This document shows, piece after piece, positions 1 through 13,340 of a stretch of 64,000 nucleotides of DNA. The translations under genes were made by a program, and so were the position numbers. Within the stretch, counting starts at the first letter, position 1. Each line of letters opens with the position of its first letter. The DNA comes from Stylophora pistillata. Lineage: Eukaryota. The DNA is taken from NCBI RefSeq assembly GCF_002571385.2, contig NW_019217858.1:463218-527217 (forward strand), in the 5' to 3' direction. The notes beneath the pieces are model-generated. The model worked only from the letters and a program-made list of their open reading frames with translations. It did not search any database and had not been told where the DNA came from.

Positions 1-489
1 AAAAATATCCAAATTGACCCGTCAGATACCCACCGAAGGTCGCTGATGTGACAGAAACTGAAAGAAAGATTTCGTCAGCTAAACTATCTGAATGTAACAC
101 CAGACCTTGCCTTACAAGATTTAGACAAGGAATGCGCAGGTTAACATACAAGACTAAACTGGTGGGCCTTCCGGAACAATCCATCTAATTCGATTTTTTG
201 CTCTTCCATTTTTGAAGAAAGTCTTAAATTTCAGCCTGAAAATCTTGACTCACGAAAAAGTAATTATTGCTGGTTGAACGCCGTCCGACGTTTGTCGGGA
301 AAGAGGGCTCAGACTATTGTTTCCTTCTCATTGTCTAAGTCCTCGAATGAAAAGAGATTAACGATTTATTATAAATAATGTTTATAGTTCAGTTAATTGA
401 CGAGTGATCCCAAGTTCTCAGGTTATTTGTCTCTCTTTTTAGCAGCCGATGTAAGATTAACAGAATACCATTAAGAAACCTGACAAAAA

Positions 490-588
490 GTCTGGGACAT
501 CCCTCATCGATGCTTTACTCTCAAAGCCGCTTTATGCTACGGAAACCAGGATAAGCTCCGTTCGATTAACTACTTGGCTATTTGAAGA
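490..588 (+). mobile_element. 3' fragment of a tRNA-derived SINE (same family as 58695-59557)
   Basis: gctttatgctacggaaaccaggataagctcc is the reverse-complement counterpart of ggagctcgtcctagtttccatagcatgaagc at about 58720. Confidence 0.45.
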
Positions 589-2999
589 CGTAATCCTTTA
601 TTGCACAAATCAACTAAGACTTTTAATTGAATTGCCTAGAAGTCCTCAGAAAAGATGCTAGTAAATTCCTCTGGCCTAAACTCCTTCCTTTAATTTGTGG
701 TTAACCCTTTAAACACCCACATCTTAGCCGCCATGAAAGAAAAAAACCTGTTGAGCTTAAACTTTACTGCACACCCATAAATTCCAAGAGTGACCGACAT
801 ATCAAAGTCTTGAATTTTCAAATTCCACGCTAAATCTGCTTTAAGTACCTTTAACCAAAAATAAACAAATGGAGGTCGCAGATTGTCAATGTACATGTAT
901 TTAATAATAAACTATCCACAACATGTCAGGAGATATTTCACTCCATTGAACATTTTTCCGCATTGACAAGGTAGTATTTCCTAGCGTTTTGATAACATTG
1001 TTTGCTGAGAAATATGTTGGCAAACCAAAAGGAGACAAATTATTTCGGATGCTGAAACATTCATAACGGCAGTTTGCAACTACTGAACACTGCACGTATC
1101 TTTACAAGTTAATGAAACTATCTGTCGCTTATCTGGTGATTCATCAGTAATGCTTTTGGCAAGTTTCTTCTTAACCCAATATAAACTCGTGAAACTATTT
1201 AAGCAATGCAACCTTTGAAAAAGTTTATTTGTGAGGGTAAGCTTTATTGAGTAGCACGTTATAAATGGTTGTTTGTCGGTTACTAAACACCCACGTATCA
1301 AACATAACGAGAAATTGATTCCGTTGCTATTTGTTTGCGGAAGAGGTTGAATGATAATTTTGTTGCGCCTAAGGGCAAAAACTTAAGTTGCAGCTGTTCG
1401 CAAGTTTTATTCAGTCGTTGCTTCGCCATAACATTTTCAGTGATTTCAGTTTTGACACTAACGAAAATAGCCTGTCTGATGATCGGATACAAAATCGCGC
1501 GCTGCTAAGATTAGTATCTAAGCAGCTGATTCAAATATGACAAAATTCAAAATAAACTTTAAGAGTTTTTCTGGAAGTCTCTGGGCGTTACGAGATAAAA
1601 TAGTTTATCTCATCATACAATCAAAAATTTAGCTGTGTAATTATTTTTAGGTACGGCGGCAAATAGTCCCCTAAAAGCTGATAATTTCTTTTTACTTTTC
1701 CGCGGTGATTAGTCCTACAGATGTAAAACTGATTGACAAGCTTTGGGAAATGAGTGCGTTGGCTTTGCAACCCAAAGTGCGTGTAATTTTCAAACTAGTT
1801 TAGTAACAGTGGATGACTTATCCATGCCATAACCAACAACATCTGCACATAAGTCTGCATTTCCTTCGCACTAACAAGGCACTTACCACCAAAACCCCCT
1901 TCATCCGTGCACTAGAAACATGACCCTTGAAGTCTTTGCTAAATAGCTTACAGGCCTTATAGATAATGGCTCACTAAAGAACCCTGTAGCCAATTTTTGT
2001 TATCTTTGTGGGCGATTTTATAAGCTTCTGTGGGAGGCAAGAAACAAAATTTTATAGAATTACGAATTCTAAAAAAGACGTGTGCAGGAATTTACTCCCC
2101 TTGTCACGAAACACTCGTCAATAATATACACAAAAAATTGCCTGGTATATTAACACTCGAACGCATTGCATTTCTGTTTGAAAAAGCTTTCAGTCATACG
2201 GTCATTAAGATCCCACATGGGTCAAGAATTTCCACCTTAAAAGTCGTTTTTCAGACATTTAATGCAGAGTAGTTCGAATTAGTGCCATCATCTGCTAAAG
2301 TTGAGGTAAGTGTTGGAATCCGGAGTATTAAGATTCCTCCAGTCTGATTTTGTGAACATGTATCTATTAGCGCTGACATCGTAGCCTGATGAGATTTGTA
2401 AAATGATGCAGGCTGATATCAGCTGTGACCTCTTTTCATTAGTGGGGTTTAAGCTTACAAGAGCCTATTCTGAATAAAATATCACTAATTCTTTAATCTC
2501 TGGGGACCTATCATTATTCGTTTAGTCGCATTTTACCCTGAAAGTTTCAACAATACACCGTTCACATTGTACCTCGGCTACAAAGACATTTTTTTCAATT
2601 AACATCAAAGATAAATGTGTTGACAATCAAAGGCTGTACACCATGACAGGCAAGAGAAATAATAAACTGATTTTAATGAGATTAAAGAAAACTGGCAACG
2701 ATCTGTTGATGATAAGGGGAGTGCAGTGTTTAGCTATCACCTCCCAAACTATTAGCTGACATTCTCAACAGAATAATGCGACCAGTAACCGAACGAGTAC
2801 GGCAGGTAATAGGATGAGTAGAAAGTTTCAAGAGCCGGAAATTGCAATCACCTCTTGATTGAGAGATTAGTGGTTTATATGGTTAGCCTTGTCAAAATCA
2901 GTTCGCCGGTGAAACACTTCCAAGGAGATCAAGAGGCCTGCACAACAAAGTAAGACAATAAATTAGACATGTGATCCGATGAAAGGTTGCGTACATGCG

Positions 3000-3009
3000 A
3001 TTGGCCAAT
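3000..3009. promoter_or_regulatory. Palindromic double CCAAT box (ATTGGCCAAT) about 190 nt upstream of the ligand ATG
   Basis: Motif read directly; function inferred from position only. Confidence 0.3.
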
Positions 3010-3194
3010 TCATCGCTTTATTGACAGTCTTTGCGCTTGTCTACAATCCTCGTTGTTGAAATGCTTTGATCACTCGAGGTGGTAATCAAACAGTTTCCTG
3101 CGCTTATGAGCTTATGAGCTGTGCAAACAGGTTTTGTGTTAATTTTCTGACTCATCGTCATCAGACAAGAGCGACAGTCAATGCTCGTGCTAAA

Positions 3195-5358
3195 ATGGCC
3201 GGATTTTCCTGCAGCGCGATTTTGGCTCTCTATCTAACCGCGATAACGTTTCCTGAAGGAGACGCTTATAGCTTGAATCGTGATAAAGCTACTACAGCGC
3301 CTCGCAGTAACATGTCGCTAGCACATGTCAGAACTCCGACGTCAATTCCCTCCACAAATGGATATGTGCAAGATCCGAAACCGATCAACAATGGAAACGG
3401 TATCTATTCCGAAGATTCAGAAATTTACAAACTGAGAATCGAGATTATCAAAGCCAAAATACTTAAAACACTTCAAATGGATAAACAACCGGTCGTCCAC
3501 ATAGAAAAAACAAAGGACAAAATGATCGCAGAGCTTCTCTTAAGTTTAAATCTCATTGATATGAGTGACGATGGCAACGAAACGGGAGAGTACGAAGACG
3601 GAAAGTATGACAAGACGAGTAAACTCATTGTTTTAAGCGAAAAAGGTAAGAGGAACAATTTTGCGTGCTCTAAGGGATAGAAACGAAGTCGCCTTTTGTC
3701 ATATTTCTCCACAGATAATTTCCATCAAGGTCATGGTCCGGCTTTCAAGTTTTCCCTTTGTTTTCAGGACGTTTTGATACCGGCATGGTCAAGAGGGCAG
3801 CAGTTAAATTATTTCAGCATATTTCTTGTCAATTCACTCGTCACCGCAGACAGCAGCAGAGCAAAGTTCAAGAGCTAATGTTGCAACAACTTCATAATTA
3901 CACAAAATCATTGCTGCCTTGACGTTTTAGATATTAGTTCTCGGCACCTCATACGGTGCTAACTGAAATAACGTTTTTTGTTTTGAATTTTGCCTCTAAG
4001 TTAATGACCATTGTGTTACGAACATTAGGAGGCGGAGTCGGTCTATATGTCCTTTCACAACTGCTCAGAGAGTGCTTTGGAAATTGCTTAAGTCCTGACA
4101 CGTAGGTTTAATGCAAAATGTGGAGAGAGGGTTAAACAATTTTCGTCATTCTTAACTTCTTCAACTAAGGAAACGTAATCTCAGAAACGTGCGATTCCAC
4201 CAGCTCACAATAACAAAATAATCCAGACAGTGCCTATGAGAGAATGTCAAGATTTATATAAAAGGAGGGGCACTAGGAACAATTGGTATTAATGCAAAAC
4301 AACGGTTAATAGTAGGTGAAACAATAGAAAGCATGCAAATAATTAGAAGCTTCAATTTTTTCACAGTTGACATGTATATGGTATACAAGCGTTGTGAAGA
4401 GACAAATAGGGCAAAAATTGAGCTTGGACTTTTTTTGCTGCTAACTGATTGGTAATCATAAATCCCATTTCAGTATGTTAGAAAACTAAAACAAACTTAG
4501 GCTAATAAACCGCTTTCTTTCTCTTCAATTTTAGCTGAGGTTTCACCTTCGAGATCAAAGCAAAATTTTTCCGAGAAGTTGATTTTCCAGTTTAATATTG
4601 AGCCGAAATCGCTGTCCAGTTCAGTGCCCTCTGCGTTTCTGTGGGTTCATAAACGGAAAAGCAGACAACACGAGCTAAGGAAGAAGACACTTCACATAAA
4701 GGACCCTAACAAAGAATCACCTAACAGCACCTCCGAAGTACCAATCAACAGAACGGTGACGGCCAAGTTAAAAGCAATACGAACCGGCTCAGGATGGGAA
4801 ATGATAGACATGAAAGAAATCGTTCGGCAATGGTTTAACAAGACAACTCAACAATACGATGCAAGGAATGGAACCGACAACGGCGTACACGAATTAGAAA
4901 TCTCTTGCTCGGACTGTGATTCGGACGTTGGTCAGCTAATTAACTCGCGGGGAAGATTACGGCCATTTCTCGTTATCGACTTGGAGAAGCCAAGAACACT
5001 GTCAAGGAAAAAGCGCCGAGTTAACAACTGCCCTGATGGGCAAGCAGTATCGTGCTGTCGTCGCAATTTCTATGTGGATTTCGGAAAAATCGGCTGGCAT
5101 TGGGTGATACACCCACAGGGATTCTATGCCAATTTCTGTGAAGGTTCTTGTAAGAGTCTTCATACGAGAATTACTAATGAACGAGCCATCATAATGCAAG
5201 AGGCAGTGAAAAAAAATCTGAGTCCACCTGGATTCACCGGCAGTTGTTGCAGCCCCACTAAGATGAAGCCCTTTTCTATGTTATATTGGGACGACGAGTC
5301 TAATATAGCAAAAAAAGACCTACAAGATTTAAAAGTTCACGAATGTGGCTGCTCTTAA
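3195..5358 (+). CDS. TGF-beta superfamily ligand, activin/inhibin-beta/myostatin-like; join(3195..3645,4535..5358), 424 aa
   Basis: Signal peptide MAGFSCSAILALYLTAITF; prodomain alpha-1 helix RIEIIKAKILKTLQMDKQP; RPFLVI motif; furin site RKKRR (5005-5019); mature domain with 9 Cys (C..CC..C...C..CC..CxC). A phase-1 GT-AG intron (AG|gtaag ... ttag|CT) joins the two ORFs in frame. Confidence 0.93.
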
Positions 5359-8300
5359 AATGCAAAGGAAGAAAGACATAGAGTCACGGACATCCGCAGA
5401 CGTGTTTAGCTTATTGAGTCTTAAGGTAAAAAGGCTGTTTGAAAGTAAGGTATCTATTTTTTAAGCAACTTTATTGACGTGGGAGGTTGAACGTTTAGAT
5501 TTAAGATAAGAAAAAAAAAGAGGAATTCTAAATTCCTCAAACGGGTCAGAAGAGAAATTTGATAGCCCCGTCGATAACCGAGGCATTATACCTCTGAAGT
5601 GTTGATTTTATCGGTTTTTGAAACGTAAATACCCTAACCATTTAATCTCATGGAATTCACGTAGATGTGCAAAGTTGCTATTTGATATCGAGCTTAATGC
5701 TCATCTAGGGCTTTGATTTATTTTTGCACGATTAAGAGACAAACATAACCGATAGAGTAGAGTATTTAAGACGATGAACTGAACCCTGGTAGCGCCACGT
5801 GTATGATGCCCTTCAATGGACATAAACTATTGTGATGTGATAATTTGCTAATTCCGGTGGCGCAGCGAGATAATTCGAGTGTTGATGTCCATCTTAATCA
5901 CGCCTATCTTGATACCAAATTGAAACTGGAAATAGCAGATTTATCGTACAAAAGTACAACTTATCATCGGTAAACAAGGGGTAAGTAGATATACATGCAT
6001 GTAAGGAATGATGCTCCATGGGGTTGTCTGAATTTTGAGGTCTTCCAAATGCAAAGCATTGCGGAGAACCATTACTAAATGTATCACTTTGCATGCAAAA
6101 CAGGTTTCTAAAACCACTGCTTGAGGATGGTTGAAAAGACAAATTGAAAGAGGAAGAATAAATTAAAGGAACTTTGCGAAATGATGAAGGTTAAGCAATT
6201 TCAAAACCCATTTGATCATCATTGATTTTTGCGAAATAATTGCTGGATCGGGAGTCAGGGAGGGCGGTTAATTCAAGCTTATGGCTTTTAATTCGGTAGT
6301 GGTTTCAAGACATCATGTGAGCAGCAAGAAAGAGTTTATACCCCCGACAAAGAAAAGAAACAGAAAGCGGGGTATCCTACTCAGTGACTACCCCTCGCAA
6401 CTAACCTCTTCCCCGTACAAGATATAAACCTAGAACAAAACAGAGCTGTCTCCCTATGAAAGAAAAGTACCGAAATCTGACCTAGAGAAAGAAATACTTT
6501 GATCTTTTCTACAGCCTCATTGCTTCCTTATACTGGCTATAAGCGTATAAAGTACTGTCAAATATGCTTTTATGTAACAAGAATCTAAAAGTAGTACTGC
6601 ATTATATTGCAATTAACTCACACGCTGCGAGCTCACAAGAGTGGCCGGCGGAGTGATTTAAAATCTTTCGTAAATTTAGAGAGTAAATAATGTGGCACAG
6701 CCGTTTCAAAAATACTTTTTGTGTGGTAACTTGGTGAGATTTTCTGTGACGAGTGTGTTAGTGTTTTATTTTAGACCTGTGAGGCAACTTAATGTTTTGT
6801 AGGTAAGGAAAAGCACACGATTTTTCAATAAAGTATTGTTTTCATCCTATAGATTCCACGAACATTTAGTCAGGGGTTCTTTTTGGAGGGGTTATTTTTC
6901 TGAGTAATAGATTCGTGAGCTGGTTGTCATGAAAGTCTATGATCAACTTCAGTTGGTCCTTCCATTGATCATTAATGCAGGACAGCTATTGTTAAGCAAT
7001 GCTTCATTAGACCTATATTCTTAGCTTGTTCTCTAGTTGTCTGACTGTTTTCTTAAGGAAGGGAAAATGAGCATACTCTCGGAAAGAACGGATACCCAAT
7101 TTCAGACCAAGAGAAGGTCGCGTTGAATAATACTTATTTAATTGCAGGGAAGTGCAAATAATTTTAGTTCCAAAGTATCTATAAGAAGGAGAAAGAAAAA
7201 CTAAAAGTAGCTTTCACGCCAACTTGCTCAACCTAATTCAGTCTGAAGCAGCCCGAGCTCGATGTACGACGTCATCTGAACTCGACTGTCATTACGTAAT
7301 GGTATTCCAGTAGGTATACTTCCATTGGGGACCAAATCATAGCATCCGGGATTTAAGTGGAAAAATAGCTTACTTTGCCACATTGTGTGTTTGTAAGTCT
7401 TCAGTGAGATTTTTTGGGTCGATTATTTGTTATTGAGGCGGTTTCAAGTCCCTCCGCTATTTTTATATACATTTCCCAACACAAACAAATCCTGATGTTC
7501 CTACTATTACGTAGCAACAAAATACTTCTTGTCGTTCAGCTGCAAAGCAAAAAGTGTGTTGTAGAAGGAGCGTCGCTACATACTCCAGTAAGCAATTTCC
7601 CCCCATCCCTCACATGACTTTAAACACGTATAGTATTGTATCCAGTATAGGATGTAAGTCCACTGAATATTCAAGCTACGCTGGGTCAACACCTATAGAG
7701 GTACTTTGAAAGCTTTTGGTCTACGGAGAGTAATAAGGAGCCAAAAAAGATCAATCGTCACATTAGAATAGGAAGACTCCCTTAATAACACGAATGAAAC
7801 ACACGAAACAGTGCCTACCCCATGGGGTACACAAAAACATCACGTCCGAAAGTCAGACGTTTGTTCTCGAATCCAGCAAAATAGATGCCGTCACGGTCCC
7901 TGGTACTTTACCATTGATGAGTGTCGTACGTCAGTGAATGAGAGGAGTTCGTCTCATTTACTAGAAAAACATTTAAATTCTTCAGGATTGCCCTGGGAAA
8001 TAGTATCAAATTAAAATTGAAAACTGAATAGTTCGGCGGGTGTCGAGGGGAAATGTAGTGTTGGGATGCTTGTTTTGACGTTCTTGAAATTCTTATACGA
8101 GCTTAAAATAGTACCAGATTCCCTAAGAATAGCCTATTCCAAGTGCTCAGTTAGTAAAATGGAGCGAAATAAATGAACGGCGCGATAGTAACAGCAGAGT
8201 GTAGGGAAGGAAGCAGGCTTTAGTCGGGTCGCGAGTCGACCCAAACCTCCCCTGTTTTTCCTTCGGTCCCCACCATCACACCATTGACTTTTGGGCTTCG

Positions 8301-8522
8301 TTTCACTGATTAAGAGCCTAGGACGAGCTACAATAGGAAGAAAACATTTTTTTAGCAAGAAATCATGGGATTGAAAACAAACTCGAAATAACGACATCTA
8401 GCATTTTGATTAAAGATGGAGATTAGCGAAGGGCTGGAAATGGGTGCTTACGTAATTTCTAACAATTCGGGCAAGGATACTTTGCAATCCGGCTAACATT
8501 TGCTAGTAGAGAATTACTTATT

Positions 8523-8848
8523 TGATAAGTAGAGATTTGCTGAAGCAAAGGCATATAAAAAACCAGGAAAGATTTATTGCTGCTCGACATTTCGGAATCA
8601 GCATGACTCCATTATCAAGAGACTAGTTAACTAGCATGCAACTAAAGAAAGGTACAAGATAATTGAACGCACATTGAACGTGCAAACATTAATATTCCAT
8701 CCGCGCCAAGGTGTTTGTTTAGGCCGTTTATTGTAATTTATGCTTATCTTGTACCTTTCCTTAGTTGCATGCTAGTTAAGTAGTCTCTTAATAATGGCAT
8801 CATGATGATTCCGAAGCGTCGAGCAGCAATAAATCTTCCCTGGTTTTT
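8523..8848 (-). mobile_element. Penelope-like non-autonomous insertion: inverted ~105-bp arms plus ~35-nt tail
   Basis: Arms 8558-8662 and 8744-8848 are inverted repeats; unpaired tail 8523-8557; 13-bp direct repeat agaattacttatt at 8510-8522 and 8849-8861; hammerhead-like motif in each arm. Confidence 0.75.
8583..8621 (-). ncRNA. Minimal type-I hammerhead ribozyme-like motif (U3-A8 core variant)
   Basis: Minus strand reads CTC-TTGATAA-T-GGAGTC-ATGCT-GATTCC-GAAAT-GTC-GAG (helix I, core, helix II, GAAA, GUC site). A more decayed copy lies on + at 8785-8823. Confidence 0.6.
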
Positions 8849-9255
8849 AGAATTACTTATTCAGTATTTTAAAAGGATGACAAAAAACCCCTGGTAATTG
8901 ACTGACTAATTGCCAAATGAAAGCCGAGTGGTAATTGGGTAAGATTGAAGGTAGCATACCATGGGAAAATCTTACGTTTACGTTTGCGGTGCACCCACGA
9001 CTGACACGACCAATCGGTTTAATCTCATTCGAACAAATTGGCTCAGAGAGAGAGGGAGAGATTGTTCGAGATTATATCAATTTGCACTGAGATTTTTGCG
9101 CTGCGTCGACAACTAGGGAAGTGAAACGATTGGTTGCTTTCTAACCGTAAATCCCGAGAAACGGGCTCGAAAAACTATCTCCGAGTATTTTAAGTTTTCC
9201 GGCTAATCAGTCGTGTTCTGTGGCACGTTATCATAACTGGTGCTTTTTACTTAGG

Positions 9256-9760
9256 TTTTGCAGCATTTTGTAACAAAGGCGAGCAACAAATTTTGAAATA
9301 AGGGCTGCAGCATTTTGTAACTGTCGAGTTTCTTAAAACTTACAACACAGTATTATTCCACGTATTAGGTATTTGCGGATTCTCTCCTTCGAATAAAAAT
9401 CTGTTATGCAGTTTTGGCGGTTTGAAAGAAGAAAGCGACACTTAACTTCAACAGTTACTTCAAGAATGATAAATCTAAGGAAACATTTCAACAGTTGTTC
9501 CGAGATATCGACGATATCTCGGTACTGAGAACAAAGCACGAGATTCGTCTATAATGGTTTGCATTACTTTTGCACAGTGCGGTATGTTTTTGTCGTCAGT
9601 AAGCTGAGATTATTAGAATTTGCGTTGAGATGTTGTTAGAAATTACGTAGACCTACGATTATTAAAAAAATGCTGCAGCTCTAATTGCAAAATGCTGCAA
9701 CAGCTCTTACAAAATACGCAGGGTTATAAAAAAATTATCAGTATTACAAAATGTTGCAGA
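9256..9760. repeat. Degenerate MITE-like element with inverted subterminal motifs
   Basis: GCAGCATTTTGTAA motifs on the left, TTACAAAATG(C/T)TGCA motifs on the right; ends not resolved. Confidence 0.45.
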
Positions 9761-12700
9761 AGAATTCGTATAAACAATGGATGTCAGAGGAGTTTTTCTC
9801 TAAGGTAACACCTAAATTCGCAAAAGTCACGGAGTCAAACCAAAAATCGAAACTTCATCTCCCATTGAAATTCACCCACGTTTCTCATTTAATTTGCGTT
9901 ATAAACAGACAATCCCCAAATCCCCCACTTTGCTTTGACGTGTGGCCAACACTGGAACTGATTTAAAGCTTTCTTAATCCGCGGTTCGCTCTCACGAATA
10001 GTCTCCTCTCGCAGCCGTTCTTTGTCTCGGGATCTAATAGACATATATAAAAGGAAAGCTAACACGTCATGCCTGTGTAAGTGGACTGTTGTTTTTTTTC
10101 TCATGAAAACGTATAGCCACAAAAAATTAATGTCATATCCAGCAGTCCCCCTTTCTCCTTCGCCTTCCCCTAAAAAACATTGTGAACGCGAAGGATTTGT
10201 TGTCAGAATAGTGCTATGCAAATGGTTATAGTATATACAGTTACATGTAGCTATATAGACAGACTAAGTGGCGTTTCAGTTTAAAATATACTTGTATTTC
10301 AAAGTGTTTGGTAGTTTCTGTACTAAATATTGTATGATTTTTTTTTTCAACCAGAAAAATGCATCATTTCTGTATACAGCCCTCAATCAAGACAATCAAG
10401 ATGGATCAGTGTTCCGAAGAAAAATAGGATCTCTCAATAATTTTTGATAAGCATCCCCCTCTCCAATAAACCTCTTCCCTATGTCCGGAGGCGAATCAGA
10501 TCGTTTAGTGGTAGCTCAAGTTTTCAGTGCAGACCTCTTGAAGAATTTTGAAGCGGGATCCGTTTAACTTATAAAACATTTGTCGATCTCGCATTTTTCT
10601 CCTTCTTGATTGTTAAAACGAATGGTTGCCCAAGCGGTTCTACGTAACGTTGTAAATTATCCCGTACGATAAGTTTCTTTAATCTCTAAAATTAGGGTAA
10701 AAAGAACTTATAGATCATCTATGTAGTAAAAGTTCAAGCCTTGGCTCCTGGAAAGCCTATTATACCTCTCCCGAAGTAGTAAACCTAGAGAATTTCTTAT
10801 CACTACGATACTGAACTAATCTAGAAATAACTAATCCAGGTCTTATCTATCGAATCGTGAACTAATTTTGGATTAATGGTAATACAAAACAGTTTAAACA
10901 GTTAAGCGAATTTATCCGTGAGGAGAAAAAGGGAAAGAAGAGGAAAGGAATGTCGGAAAATTATTAATCAATGGAAGTTGAGAAGGCAAAAAGGAAATTG
11001 CTCCGTTTGAGGGTTGACCTTGGTTTTGCCTCAAGTTGCTTCATACAAGGCAAACCGGAAAAGCTCCGACTGGATGGGCCACAGCTTGGCTCGAGTGCAG
11101 AGTTTACTTAACCTTAAATGGTTGCCACAGGTCAGAAAATGGTCGGGTAAAAGTACTGATTCCTTAAGGTCAGAGAGAAGTCTGGGAATTTCACTCTATT
11201 GAAGTCAAGGAAAATTCATGTTTTCCAAAGAAGTTAGGGAAAAGTTAATTTTTTTTTAACCAATTCAAGTACTTTGGTAGGTTTTTATAGAAATGATATT
11301 TATATAAATTAATTTGGGTGTCAATGAATGAAAAAATGTTTTTAGAGTGGCAGCACATGCTCTTAGTGGCTTTTCATCTATAAAATTCCAGATTGAAAAG
11401 CAACTTTGAGAAAACATGCAAAAAATGTGCTGGATTGTTTAAATACTGTTTTGTGAAAATTTATAAGATCCAGGAACACTGTTCCATAGGATTGCACAGG
11501 TTTCTGACAAAATCAATCCGTTTTTCATGTTTTGTCAAGGAACTATCAATTCATCTGCCTTGCATGTGACTTAATGACAGCAAAAATAGTTGAAAGGAGA
11601 GGATAGCTTTTGGGGTGGTTGTAGGTGATCACTATAGCTAATTCAGGAATTGTAAAATTGGTCAGGCAAATTTTACATTTGTCAAAATAAACCTATGGCT
11701 ATAGCAACAATGTTGTATATACTTCTGTCTCAAAGTTAATTGAACTGAAGAAAGACAGACAAGATTTGCTAATGAACACTTTGTAAAAGGAAAGCCAAGA
11801 CCTGAAGTGCAAGTAACACCTTTGATTACAACTAAGCAAGATAGAGTTCAAGGCAAGGACATAAAAAATGTTACTAAATTAGAGAACCTCAAAAGAGCAG
11901 AGAAGAAATTTCAACCTGGCTCTGATGAAGATTAAAAATTAAAAATTACAGATTAAAAATGAAGCTGAATGAAATGTATTTTCTAAAGAAAAAAAAAATA
12001 TCCTCTTTGTCTTCAATCTAGTGTGCAAATGAACCTGAACAGGATATGGATACTGAAAAGGAACTCTTACTGTGGAAGATCATGATCATGAAGTCTATGT
12101 TCAGTCATTGTGCATTTCCCTCTGCATATTTTGGTCATCATTCCCATCACTGCTAATTTTACATGAAACTGTGTAACTGCTCTGCATGACCATGATGGTA
12201 TTGGGCATTAACAATTAATGTACATTTCACTTGAGTAACAGATCCAAGCTTTAGTTTCTTGCTGCAAAAGCAAGAAATATCTGACCATTTTCATTGTGTC
12301 CACCCTTTGACATAATTTGTTTATTTGAAGATAATCTATTTTCTTGAAGTCATGCTCTAGGTTTAATCTGCAAAACATCTTGCACTGGGGCATTAGAATG
12401 TTTTCATTCTCTGTTGGTATTCCCATTTCATTGTTTTTGCTTTGGGAATGCACTATGATTTCATCCTCCTTCTTGCCTACGGGCTGGACCCACTGGGATG
12501 ATTCACTTGTGAAGATATCACTGAAAATGATTTTTCCTTTCCCACAGATATATAGTTGGAACTGAGACAACATTGAAAACCTGGTAGCATTGCTATCCAC
12601 AAAGAAAGCAAAATACTAGGGATGAAAATTATTGAGATTGAGAGTTATTATTCCTTTTCACTGCCAATGTAAATTGTCAGAGGAACTGGCTCAGTAAAAA

Positions 12701-12953
12701 AAAGGAACTCTGATGAAATAAACCAATGGAAATTCACTTTATTTTGCAAATAGTGGTCTGAAATTTTACCTTTCTAGTTGGTTAAGTTGAGCTTCTATCA
12801 TAAGTTTCAGACAAAAGTCATTGAAAGGTAATTTTACCACAGTTGGCAGAAATATTGCAATCTGATTGGCCAATTTGTCGTTGTTGCTAAGAGAGCAAAT
12901 GAAGCTGCCCGTGTCGACACAATATGTCACGCAATGTGTCGCGCACTGAAAGA

Positions 12954-12977
12954 ATACATACATACATACATACATAC
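12954..12977. repeat. (TACA)n microsatellite
   Basis: Read directly. Confidence 0.9.
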
Positions 12978-13340
12978 GTATAACTTTATTTAAACTCGGA
13001 TTTAAAATAGCTTGAGAGAGCTAGTAACTCCGAGTATAATTGGAGATTATAATCATTTTCTGATTTGACGTCGATGTTCTGGCCACAACATTTAAACCAC
13101 TGTGATGACGAATATCTTTAGTGGATAAGAGTACAGACCACACTAAATCACTCTCGATTTGTAAATTTGTTTTCCTAGTACAAGTGTATTCATCGTCGAT
13201 AAGACCTAAAATAATCAGTTGGCCATAAGTTTTTCTCAAGCATTTGTGAGAGAAATTCAGAAAAAAATCCTATATAGATTTCAAAGTGTTTCCTCTTTAC
13301 AGGTGGTAAAAGGGAATTTTCCATAGTTTTACCCAGATTT

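Noticed and set aside
3066-3194. N-terminal extension of the ligand ORF from TTG 3066
   Set aside because: The signal peptide starts at ATG 3195; the upstream part is probably 5' UTR.
12208-12600. 130-aa minus-strand ORF as a gene
   Set aside because: No recognisable domain, GTG start, no convincing exon partners; kept only within the CpG observation.
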